From Nanobdellota archaeon (GTDB taxonomy: Archaea; Nanobdellota; Nanobdellia; Pacearchaeales; GW2011-AR1): a stretch of 64,000 bases of DNA. Shown one piece after another: positions 44,001 to 52,530 of the stretch (its first letter is position 1; every line of letters starts with the position of its first letter). The DNA lies in the NCBI GenBank assembly GCA_038045185.1, contig JBBSYO010000022.1, positions 164 to 64,163 of the forward strand, given 5' to 3'. The notes under the pieces were generated by a model. That model saw only the letters and a program-made list of their open reading frames with translations. It was not told the DNA's origin and did no database searches. The position numbers and the translations under genes are program-made.

Positions 44001-45227
44001 ATGGTACGTAAGAAATGCTTGGTATGTGATTCGGAAGAATTAAAGCAGATTATTGATTTGGGAAGTCATCCGTTTGCAGATACATTCGTGCCTGAATCGC
44101 GACTGAACGAGCCCGACAGCATTTATCCGCTTGTTTGTGATTTGTGCATGCAATGCGGTCATGTGCAGACGCGATACGAAACAAATCCTATAGCGCGATA
44201 CTCACAGGTCGATTATTCGTACACTTCTTCCAATTCTAATTTCTCGCGCAAACACTGGGAAGATTATGCGAAAGAAGTTTCATCTGAAGTGAAAATCAAG
44301 CCCGACGCCTTGGTGGTGGAAATTGGTTCTAATGATGGTTATCTTGGCGAACAATTTACTAAATCAGGGCAGAAGGCAGTTGGAGTGGATCCTTCGCCTT
44401 ACATGGCTGAGTTGGCTAAACAAAGAGGCGTGGAAACAATTGTTGGTTTGTTTGGAAAGGGGTCTGCTCAAAAAATTCTTGCCCGATATGGACAAGCAGA
44501 TTTAGTAATTGCAAATAACGTGTTCAACCACGCTGACAACCCTGTTGAATTTACCAATGCCGTTGCAGATATTCTTAGCGTGGGAGGAAGTTTTGTATTT
44601 GAGCAGCCCTATTGGCTAATTGGTGTCGAGAGCGGGAAGTTTGACCAGATTTATCATGAGCATGTAAGCTATTTTACCGTGCGCTCTGCAGCCGCAGTAC
44701 TCGCGCGGGCGGGAATGGTACTCACATCTGCTAAAGTTGTTGATTATCACGGGGGGTCGTTGAGAATTATCGCGCAGAAGAAAGAGGACGCTCATGGAGT
44801 GTCTGAAGAGGCGCAAAAAAGGATACGGGAAGAAGAGGCGCGCGGGCTGTTTAAACTTGAAATTTACAAGCAGTTCATGCGGCGCAATCTCTTGCAACGA
44901 AGCAGATTTTTACAGAAAGTTCATCAGATAAAAGAGGCAGGAAACTCGATTATTGCTGTTGGTGCGGCGGCTAAGGGAAATACTTTTCTGAATTTCTACA
45001 AACTTGATGGCAGTTTAATTGATTACGTAACTGATTCTTCACCACATAAAAAAGGAAAGTACACGCCAGCTACGCGAATCCCGATAGTTGGGGATGAAAT
45101 ATTTTTAAAATATGGTAAAGTGTACGCGCTCATCCTTTCTTGGAACATAGCCCCTCAACTCAAAGAAACTTTATCCAAGTTCAATAAAAACATTGAATTT
45201 ATTTCTCCTGAGGTTGAGAAAATTTAA
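44001..45227 (+). CDS. NDP-hexose C-methyltransferase-like protein (TylCIII family; Zn-ribbon + SAM MTase + C-terminal domain)
   Basis: 408 aa; N-terminal CxxC...CxxC (CLVCDS...CDLCMQCG), then VVEIGSNDG motif I and the characteristic C-terminal domain. Confidence 0.68.
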   Translation: MVRKKCLVCDSEELKQIIDLGSHPFADTFVPESRLNEPDSIYPLVCDLCMQCGHVQTRYETNPIARYSQVDYSYTSSNSNFSRKHWEDYAKEVSSEVKIKPDALVVEIGSNDGYLGEQFTKSGQKAVGVDPSPYMAELAKQRGVETIVGLFGKGSAQKILARYGQADLVIANNVFNHADNPVEFTNAVADILSVGGSFVFEQPYWLIGVESGKFDQIYHEHVSYFTVRSAAAVLARAGMVLTSAKVVDYHGGSLRIIAQKKEDAHGVSEEAQKRIREEEARGLFKLEIYKQFMRRNLLQRSRFLQKVHQIKEAGNSIIAVGAAAKGNTFLNFYKLDGSLIDYVTDSSPHKKGKYTPATRIPIVGDEIFLKYGKVYALILSWNIAPQLKETLSKFNKNIEFISPEVEKI

Positions 45228-46342
45228 CCTTGTTGAGATGTTTTGTAATCTTGCAAACGAGCTGCAAGAAAGTCATCTGCTTCTCTGAAGTTTAGGGGGC
45301 TGAAAGCATAGTCTGCTTCTATGGCTGCAGGCAATCCGCGCTCACGTGCCGTTTTTATGCAGAGTTTGTAAGTTTTAACATCAGTCAAATCAGGACCTGT
45401 CCCGTCACCCCATCGTGCGCCCTCATGACTTCCTTTCGGAACTCGGATGCCAAGACCATCTGTAGGCGAAAAATGAAACGCTTTGGTATATGGCAAGTAA
45501 TCTCCTATCGCTCCAGCCTTAGCTGTAAATTCGTCCCAAGAACTTATGCCGAGAACAGCAAAGAGTGAATTAGGAGAGATTACATCTGCATTTCTTTTAA
45601 ATCGTGCTGGAATATTTTGCATAGCGGTTAAATGATTTAAATCCAATACAATATTGCCTTGGGAGATATCTTTTAGGCTTGCAAAATCCTGGAAGGCTTG
45701 ATAGTTCATTCCGAAATTAAGCGCAGAGTCTTTAGGATTCTTTTCCCAAAATCCTGCGTTTTCAAATACCGCAGAATATGTATTCTCCAGTGCAAGCTGC
45801 AACCCTCGTGATGAACCAAACTGATGCAACTGCGCAAATCTATCTTTTGCTGTATTGTAAAGTTGTTCTCTGCGCGCAACAAAATCCGGAACTGAATAAT
45901 ATGAAGGAAGCCTAAAATCGCCTTGTTTGAGTGAATCAACAACTAATAGACCCACATGGGGCGCTACAACGAGACTCCCGCTTGCGGTTGGGTCTAAATC
46001 CCTTAGAACGGCAACTTGCTCTAGTGTACGCTCTAAGTCTGACAATTTGTCTGGTCTGAAAGTTGGATTGTTGGGACTATATACAAGACTATTAGCTTGC
46101 TGAACGCCTGTTTCGACCAGTCGGATAGGTAATCTATGTTTAGCCTGATTTTCTCGTTGTTTGGCAAACGCCTCTGGCGTTCTGCTGCGACCTGGTAAAT
46201 AAAGAAGAAATGCTCCGACTTCAATAGGAACGCCGTGGGCATCCCCGACGACTTTTAAACGTTCCTGAGCTTGCTTAAATGCTGCAATTTCTTCATCTAC
46301 ATGCAACATGACTGGAAGCGTTATTTTGAGAGGTTGATTCAT
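45224..46342 (-). CDS. hypothetical protein, possibly a xylose-isomerase-like TIM-barrel sugar isomerase/epimerase
   Basis: 372 aa; GC-richer than its neighbours; LALEN and LDLNHL-type segments weakly reminiscent of AP endonuclease 2/TIM-barrel enzymes. Confidence 0.3.
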   Translation of the reverse strand: MNQPLKITLPVMLHVDEEIAAFKQAQERLKVVGDAHGVPIEVGAFLLYLPGRSRTPEAFAKQRENQAKHRLPIRLVETGVQQANSLVYSPNNPTFRPDKLSDLERTLEQVAVLRDLDPTASGSLVVAPHVGLLVVDSLKQGDFRLPSYYSVPDFVARREQLYNTAKDRFAQLHQFGSSRGLQLALENTYSAVFENAGFWEKNPKDSALNFGMNYQAFQDFASLKDISQGNIVLDLNHLTAMQNIPARFKRNADVISPNSLFAVLGISSWDEFTAKAGAIGDYLPYTKAFHFSPTDGLGIRVPKGSHEGARWGDGTGPDLTDVKTYKLCIKTARERGLPAAIEADYAFSPLNFREADDFLAARLQDYKTSQQG

Positions 46343-46360
46343 ACAAAAAGCTAAGAGGGA

Positions 46361-46378
46361 GGATATTTAAATATATCC
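46361..46378. promoter_or_regulatory. palindromic AT box GGATATTTAAATATATCC in a divergent promoter region
   Basis: Perfect 6-bp arms around TTTAAATA; 24-31 nt upstream of the minus-strand ATG at 46342 and 36-53 nt upstream of the plus-strand ATG at 46414. Confidence 0.4.
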
Positions 46379-46413
46379 TTTTAGTTACTATTAAATTAAT
46401 ACGGCTCCAAAAT

Positions 46414-46839
46414 ATGATAAAGAAAATTTATTCTAAAATAAATCCGTCTGTGTTGTTACACATAGTGTACTCGCGTGAAACAGATAAAGAAACGATAACG
46501 GAAAAGAGAAGTCACGCGATTAGCGAGCCTGACCATTTCCTTCAGGCCATTGCTTTTGAAATGCCTGCGGGCGAGGCAAGCAAACCGCACGCGCACAACG
46601 CACAAAAGCGACAGACGGACATGACTCATGAAGCTCTGCTTGTTTTCAAGGGGTCTATTGAGCTTTCTGTATACGATACTGATAAAAGTTTTGTTGAGAA
46701 ACTTGTGCTAAACGAGGGGGACTGTTATGTAATTCTTAACGGAGGGCACTGCATTAAAGCTCTCACACCAGCAAAACTTTTTGAGTTCAAGAACGGACCA
46801 TATAACGGACCTGAAAAAGATAAGACTTGTTTTAGTTAA
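46414..46839 (+). CDS. cupin-domain protein (WxcM/FdtA-like sugar ketoisomerase candidate)
   Basis: 141 aa; PHAHNAQ metal-site-like motif and a beta-sandwich profile. Confidence 0.45.
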   Translation: MIKKIYSKINPSVLLHIVYSRETDKETITEKRSHAISEPDHFLQAIAFEMPAGEASKPHAHNAQKRQTDMTHEALLVFKGSIELSVYDTDKSFVEKLVLNEGDCYVILNGGHCIKALTPAKLFEFKNGPYNGPEKDKTCFS

Positions 46840-46840
46840 T

Positions 46841-47395
46841 TCACTTGATAGCCTCCATCTCAATATGACAAGATCCTGTATGTTTGGGCATTAACTTATA
46901 CAAAAATATTTTTAACTTATTGCTTGCCCCATAAAAATAATTAAACTTATGATTTTTAAATTTGCCAAACAAATATTTTAAGTGACTTGCGACAAACACA
47001 GTGTAATGATGGTCTTCTGTTTCTCCTTCTTTTTGCTTATGTCCAAATGCTTCGGTAGCGTATTGAATATCGATAGCCCTGTTAGATTCATGTCTTTTCC
47101 AAAAATAAGTTAAAATAAATCCCGCATGGTCTGTTCTAAGCCATATCTTTCCTCCTTTTTTGAGAACCCTATAGCACTCATCTGAAAAAGTTCCTAAATT
47201 CTTAATATGTTCTAAGACAGATTTACAATAAATTTCATCAAAATAATTGTTTGGATAAGGCAGTTTTCCGTTAATGTCCGCTACTTCCGTTGTAGAAGAA
47301 GTTTTAAAAATATCTATCCTATGAGTGCCATAAGTATCATTTCCACAGCCAACATTTAATATTTTTTTTACTTTTTCCATATTTAATATATGCAT
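46841..47395 (-). CDS. class I SAM-dependent methyltransferase
   Basis: 184 aa; ILNVGCGND motif I; KSVLEHI; KKGGKIWL. Confidence 0.65.
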   Translation of the reverse strand: MHILNMEKVKKILNVGCGNDTYGTHRIDIFKTSSTTEVADINGKLPYPNNYFDEIYCKSVLEHIKNLGTFSDECYRVLKKGGKIWLRTDHAGFILTYFWKRHESNRAIDIQYATEAFGHKQKEGETEDHHYTVFVASHLKYLFGKFKNHKFNYFYGASNKLKIFLYKLMPKHTGSCHIEMEAIK

Positions 47396-47397
47396 AA

Positions 47398-47664
47398 TTG
47401 TGCAGACTTGCTATAAAAATATATCTGTCCTTTTATGCAGATATGGTTAGAAAGTCCATTATAAAAATTATTAAGGAAATTAAGGTGCTTTTGGAAAAAG
47501 AAAGAGAATTGTCCACTAGACAAATTTCTATTAAAACGCGTTCTCAATGGAGAACTGCAAATAAAGCTTTAGAAGTTCTTGTTTTTCTTGATGTAATAAA
47601 GAAAAGAAAAAATAAAGAAACGGATAGAGTTGAAATTTTATATTCTTTAAAGGATTGTAACTAA
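47398..47664 (+). CDS. hypothetical small basic protein (possible winged-helix)
   Basis: 88 aa; AT-rich; no family recognised. Confidence 0.2.
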   Translation: MCRLAIKIYLSFYADMVRKSIIKIIKEIKVLLEKERELSTRQISIKTRSQWRTANKALEVLVFLDVIKKRKNKETDRVEILYSLKDCN

Positions 47665-47671
47665 AAAAACT

Positions 47672-48799
47672 TTAGTTAATTTTTACGCCGCGTTGTTTGA
47701 GGATTTCCTTGGCTTTCTCGATGTAGAATCCCTTGGGCTTGACTTCTCCATTTTTAATTGGGATGATTCCCTCAGATTCCAATTTCTCCTTGATATCAGC
47801 TTCGACCATCATTTCAGCTATCTCCTTAAATTTCACCTTGGATTCCCATTTAAGAATGTCTTTTGCCTTAGAATAGTCTCCCAATAATGCCGGAACTTCA
47901 GCAGGCCGTTTAAAACGGTCGTCAATGATAACATAATCTTCATAGTTTAGTCCGACTAATGAAAAAGCAAATTGTAAAAATTCGCGCACAGTATGAGTTT
48001 CATTGGTCGCAATAACGAAATCATCAGGATGTGAATGCTGCAATATGTGCCACATAGCTTGCACATACTCTGCGGAAAACCCCCAGTCGCGCTTGGCATC
48101 AAGATTGCCCATTTTAATTTTATTTATTTCGCCAACTACGATTCTGGCCAGTTCCATTGTAATCTTTCTTGTCACGAAATTATGACCTCGCCTTGGAGAT
48201 TCGTGATTGAAAAGAATTCCGTTCGAGGCGAAAATATTATAAGCGTTCCTGTACATTTTTACTAGATGAAACGCAGCCACCTTTGATATGCCATATGGGC
48301 TTTGTGGCTGAAATGGGGTGCTTTCATTTTGCGGGGGCGGAGAAATACCGAACATTTCAGAAGACGAGGCTTGATAAAATTTACATGGCAGGTTCATGTC
48401 CCTGACTGCGTCTAACAGTCGCAGGGTTCCGAGGGCGTTTATATCAAACGTAGAAAGCGGATTGTTAAAACTAATTCCTACGTGGCTCTGCGCACCTAAA
48501 TTATATATTTCGTCAGGCTTAACGAGTTCTAATATTGAACGCAAGCTTGGAGCATCGGTTAAGTCCGCGTAATAAAGTGCAAACTGCACTTCGGAATTTT
48601 GCATCATGTCAGAGTTATAAGTTTTATAAAGGTGGTCTATTCTGCGCGTGTGAAGCGTGGAAGAGCGGCGCATGATGCCTCTGACGAAATAACCTTTTTT
48701 TAGCAAAAATTCTGCCAAATATGAGCCGTCTTGCCCAGTTATTCCTGTGATGAGGGCGACTTTTTTATTTTCCATGAAACGTAACAAAAACCGCTCCAT
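47672..48799 (-). CDS. gmd: GDP-mannose 4,6-dehydratase
   Basis: 375 aa; ALITGITGQDGSYLAEFLL, YGISK, and the highly conserved GMD segments NHESPRRG. Confidence 0.9.
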   Translation of the reverse strand: MERFLLRFMENKKVALITGITGQDGSYLAEFLLKKGYFVRGIMRRSSTLHTRRIDHLYKTYNSDMMQNSEVQFALYYADLTDAPSLRSILELVKPDEIYNLGAQSHVGISFNNPLSTFDINALGTLRLLDAVRDMNLPCKFYQASSSEMFGISPPPQNESTPFQPQSPYGISKVAAFHLVKMYRNAYNIFASNGILFNHESPRRGHNFVTRKITMELARIVVGEINKIKMGNLDAKRDWGFSAEYVQAMWHILQHSHPDDFVIATNETHTVREFLQFAFSLVGLNYEDYVIIDDRFKRPAEVPALLGDYSKAKDILKWESKVKFKEIAEMMVEADIKEKLESEGIIPIKNGEVKPKGFYIEKAKEILKQRGVKIN

Positions 48800-48862
48800 T
48801 TAAACCTTTTTATGCCAAGAGTGTTTATAAAACAAGGATACCTCCAGTCATATGTGGGCAGC

Positions 48863-50683
48863 ATGGACAAAAACAGTAAAATTGATTCTTTTTTAGGAAA
48901 GGTCGTGGACTTTGTCTTTTCCCGAGATGAGCGAAAATGGCTACTTTTGATACTCATTTTGGGAGTTGTGCTGCGCGTCATTGTAGCCTCAAACATACCT
49001 CCAGTAGCAGATGAAATGGTTCATGGAACGCACGCCATTGGTGTATCAAAGCTTGCCCCGTTGAGCACCATGACACAGGGTCCTGTCTGGTTCTACCTTA
49101 CAGATTACGCATATCGCATCTTTAACGTGCATCTCCTGACGGCTCGATTTTTGTCCGTTGTCTTTGGTTCTCTGTCTATTGTACTCGTGTACTTGATTGC
49201 AGGCATGCTTTTCAATAAACGGGCGGGACTTGTTGCAGCTTTCTTGCTCGCCGTCTCTATTTTTCACATTACATGGGCTGCAAGTTACCAAGACCAGACC
49301 ATGATGTTCTTCGTGCTGCTGGCCTCCTACTTTTTCATCAAAAAATATCAGAAAACAAAACAGATTTCTATCTTGAGTTCTGTTTTATTAGGAATTGCAC
49401 TATTGGTAAAAATAATTACCGGAGTTTTCATTGTCGTGTTCGGAGCATTTATGCTCGGAATATTATATAAGGATTATAAAAAAGATTCAAAAAGATTCAA
49501 AAATAATCTAAAAAGAACGCTTATTTTCGGCCTTATTTTGGTCGTGTCTATGCTGCCGTTATTTTCTTACAATTATTTTCTCTATAAAGAAAAGGGAATC
49601 GTTGACCTGCCCTTCGCACAATTTCTGAAGATTAACGTTGAGTTTTATAGCGGACCGGGTCTGGCACACGGAGAAGGATTTGTAATCAATAAACTACCGA
49701 GGAATTTGTATACCGTAATTACTCATTACTTCATTAAGGAAGATGTAATTTCTTTTGTGCTCGGACTATTTGGAATAGGATATCTCGCAAGCAGATTTAG
49801 AGAAAAACGTTTTGGAGAGTTATTTTTGCTTGCAATGTTCTTCTTTAGCATGCTGTTTATTGCTTCGGCGATAGTTCTACAGACTCATTACACCTCTTTC
49901 TTCCCCCTATTTTCAATCTTTGCAGCAGGATTCTTGACAGATAGTGCAGAAAGACTAAAGAAATTCAAGTATTGTCGCCATATGGCGTATGGCGGAGCGA
50001 TTATCCTTCTTATTTTCATGCTTTACTCGCTCAGAGGACCGCTCACTTCGCAGAGCGCAGTAGAAAAGGCGAGAAGCTTTGCCATCAATTCTATTGATGG
50101 AAATACATTGGTTGTACTTGATTCAAGAATTTATCGGGGGACGAATGCCTGGACGTTCAATGATAAACATTACGTAGAATCCAACTATCTTGCCCAGATT
50201 ATGGACATATCTGATGTCACGTCGGAGCGGGTTCCAGTAAAGATGATGTTTATAGAATGTGTAACTGACGATTGCGGATGGGGCACAGTCAAGGATCAAC
50301 CTGAGTTTAATCGGTCAGTTGAACAAATAGTTGAAGCTTTTAAGAGTGCTTCACAGAAGACAACTGTTATTTCTGGAGGGGGTTCAATAAGCGGCGTGCG
50401 TGGAGCGGAAATTACTGGAGAGCCATTCTTTAGGACATACGAAGTCATCGTCCGGCTCAAGCCTGCGATGCTAAATGCGGTTGATTCGACACATAGCCAT
50501 TTCTTTTACCATATCCCACGCAACGAGAATCCGGAACAGGCCTTTGATTATTATTCTGTCAATGGGGGACCAGACACGCTGTTGAATGTCATATCCTACG
50601 CAGCGCTTTATGTTATTCTAGGTCTTGCTACGCTTTCCATTGGTCTGCCTTTCTATCTTCTTTTTCGGCGCAATACTAAATAG
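48863..50683 (+). CDS. GT-C fold membrane glycosyltransferase (ArnT/PMT-like), second paralogue
   Basis: about 606 aa from ATG 48863 (TATA-like TTTATAAAA at 48833-48841); many TM helices plus a C-terminal soluble domain; contains the 11-nt tandem duplication at 49478-49500. Confidence 0.6.
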   Translation: MDKNSKIDSFLGKVVDFVFSRDERKWLLLILILGVVLRVIVASNIPPVADEMVHGTHAIGVSKLAPLSTMTQGPVWFYLTDYAYRIFNVHLLTARFLSVVFGSLSIVLVYLIAGMLFNKRAGLVAAFLLAVSIFHITWAASYQDQTMMFFVLLASYFFIKKYQKTKQISILSSVLLGIALLVKIITGVFIVVFGAFMLGILYKDYKKDSKRFKNNLKRTLIFGLILVVSMLPLFSYNYFLYKEKGIVDLPFAQFLKINVEFYSGPGLAHGEGFVINKLPRNLYTVITHYFIKEDVISFVLGLFGIGYLASRFREKRFGELFLLAMFFFSMLFIASAIVLQTHYTSFFPLFSIFAAGFLTDSAERLKKFKYCRHMAYGGAIILLIFMLYSLRGPLTSQSAVEKARSFAINSIDGNTLVVLDSRIYRGTNAWTFNDKHYVESNYLAQIMDISDVTSERVPVKMMFIECVTDDCGWGTVKDQPEFNRSVEQIVEAFKSASQKTTVISGGGSISGVRGAEITGEPFFRTYEVIVRLKPAMLNAVDSTHSHFFYHIPRNENPEQAFDYYSVNGGPDTLLNVISYAALYVILGLATLSIGLPFYLLFRRNTK

Positions 50684-50784
50684 TCTTAGAAGCCTTAGAA
50701 TCCAAATCACGCAGATAATCTCTAAGCGCTTCCTGCCAAGGCCTTAACGGAAAAGTGGTCGGCGCAAGCACTTCACCCTTCGAC

Positions 50785-51042
50785 CTATAGCAAAGGACGC
50801 TCTTGTTTCCCCACGGTGTGCGCCTTTGCCATCAGTGAACGACAGACTATCGGGTAAAAACTTATGTCGTTCACTATATTTACCACGCCCTGCGCTGATG
50901 CGGTAGGTTCGATATTTGAAGAGCTTCTGAGAAAATCCTTCATTTTAGATACAATTTCAAATGCTGATGCTCCGCCGCTGTTTGCAATATGCACCACCCC
51001 TTTCTTCTCCGAAACAATTGGCTTGGCAAGTGGATGCCAAAG
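50785..51042 (-). pseudogene. C-terminal fragment of an RmlD-like sugar-nucleotide reductase (gene remnant)
   Basis: An 85-codon frame LWHPLAKPIVSEKKGVVHIANSGGASAFEIVSKMKDFL... resembles the RmlD C-terminal segment; no N-terminal Rossmann part or ATG. Confidence 0.4.
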
Positions 51043-51109
51043 TTAACACTCGTTAAAATCCGCAGACTTTAGTCTGCAGTTGTTTTTGCTGCAGATTTTC
51101 TAAGTGGCT

Positions 51110-51225
51110 ACAAAACCACGAACAAGCCCCGCATCTCAAGAATGCCTAATCTACATTCTTGATGACCATCAAGAAATAAAATTTCTTGAGGCTTTAGTGC
51201 GGGGTTAAAACTAGCAGGTTTTGTG
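51110..51225. repeat. nested multi-helix element (hairpin array D core); possible structured RNA
   Basis: Outer stem 51110-51117/51217-51224; inner stem 51127-51133/51198-51204; internal hairpins 51137-51163 and 51169-51189, both of the TCAAGAA(T) type. Confidence 0.5.
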
Positions 51226-51277
51226 ACTTTCCTTCTCAATTAAACCTCCTGCTCCTATGATTACAACTCTTGATAAA

Positions 51278-52510
51278 TCAGCCAAATGAAACCACCTCCA
51301 ACTTAGGGAAGGGCGTGATTAGCCTAAAACGCTTAAACATGGTCTTTAAACGATTTACGAAACTGTCTTTGTAGTTCCATGATAATAAGATGAATGTCCT
51401 GTCTTTCTCTGATTTGAGTGCGTCAATTGGTCTGACAGGGATATGCACGCCCGGAGTAAGTTTGCCCTGTTTTAAGGAAGTGTCATCGACGATATACTCG
51501 ATATCTTCTTTTGTTATCCCACAATAATTCATTATCACTACGCCTCTCGCTGGGGCTCCAAGACCAATGAGCTTGCCATTCCTGCTTTTTTCTTCTTCTA
51601 TAACTTTTCTTAAATCTGCCCTGTATTTTTCAACCTTTGATCCGACGGAATCATAGATGCTGGAATTGACAAGCCCCATTTCATTCTCTTCCTTGAGCAA
51701 CCGTGCGACTGCATCAGAGGCAGGTCGCGCATGTTCGTCTTTCATGGCGTAGACGCGCAATGAGCCTCCCTGCGTAGGAATTTTTTCGACATTTACAATC
51801 TTTAATCCTGCCATTCTAAATGTTGAAGCTAATGAGTGCAGCGAGAATGTGTACACATGTTCATGATAAATAGTGTCAAATTCTCCGTTCAATATTGTTT
51901 CCAATGCGTATACTCCCTCCATTACGAGCACTCCGGAATCTTTCAATACTATGCGGGTCGCTTTCAACAAGTCTATATTATTTGGGGTGTGAGGTATAAC
52001 GTTTAATGCAATAACAAAGTCAAATTTCCCTCGTGTCTTTGCTATGTGGGAAGCGGTCGAGGTGTTGAAGAATTCTGGGATGTAATCGACTCCCTTTTCT
52101 TCATTCAATTGAATAAGATTACGCGCTGGATCAACTCCAACGATATTAGGGGTATATTTTTTAAGGAACTCAAGCAGAGTCCCGTCATTTGAGCCTATCT
52201 CTAATATTTTAGCGCTTGAATTCAAATTGAATGCGGCTGCCAAATAATCTGCAACTTCCTTGAGATGGTTTATATTAGTTTGTGAGCCTGCTGATAAGTG
52301 CAGATAGTTTCTAAATAGTTCTTCAGGTGGTACAATTTGTTCTAATTGAACTAAAAGGCAATGCGGGCAATAAGCGAGATTTAGGGGATATGCCTTTTCA
52401 TTTTCTATTTCTTCAGGATGAATAAAGGCATTTACTGGAGGGATGTCCCCTAATTCAAGGAAACGATTCAGGCCCTCATAGCCACAGGATTTACATTTTA
52501 AATCATCCAT
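51278..52510 (-). CDS. NDP-hexose C-methyltransferase-like protein (TylCIII family), paralogue of 44001-45227
   Basis: 410 aa; CKSCG...CPHC Zn-ribbon, ILEIGSNDG motif I; same three-domain architecture. Confidence 0.68.
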   Translation of the reverse strand: MDDLKCKSCGYEGLNRFLELGDIPPVNAFIHPEEIENEKAYPLNLAYCPHCLLVQLEQIVPPEELFRNYLHLSAGSQTNINHLKEVADYLAAAFNLNSSAKILEIGSNDGTLLEFLKKYTPNIVGVDPARNLIQLNEEKGVDYIPEFFNTSTASHIAKTRGKFDFVIALNVIPHTPNNIDLLKATRIVLKDSGVLVMEGVYALETILNGEFDTIYHEHVYTFSLHSLASTFRMAGLKIVNVEKIPTQGGSLRVYAMKDEHARPASDAVARLLKEENEMGLVNSSIYDSVGSKVEKYRADLRKVIEEEKSRNGKLIGLGAPARGVVIMNYCGITKEDIEYIVDDTSLKQGKLTPGVHIPVRPIDALKSEKDRTFILLSWNYKDSFVNRLKTMFKRFRLITPFPKLEVVSFG

Positions 52511-52530
52511 CTATAACGTGCCAAATACAT

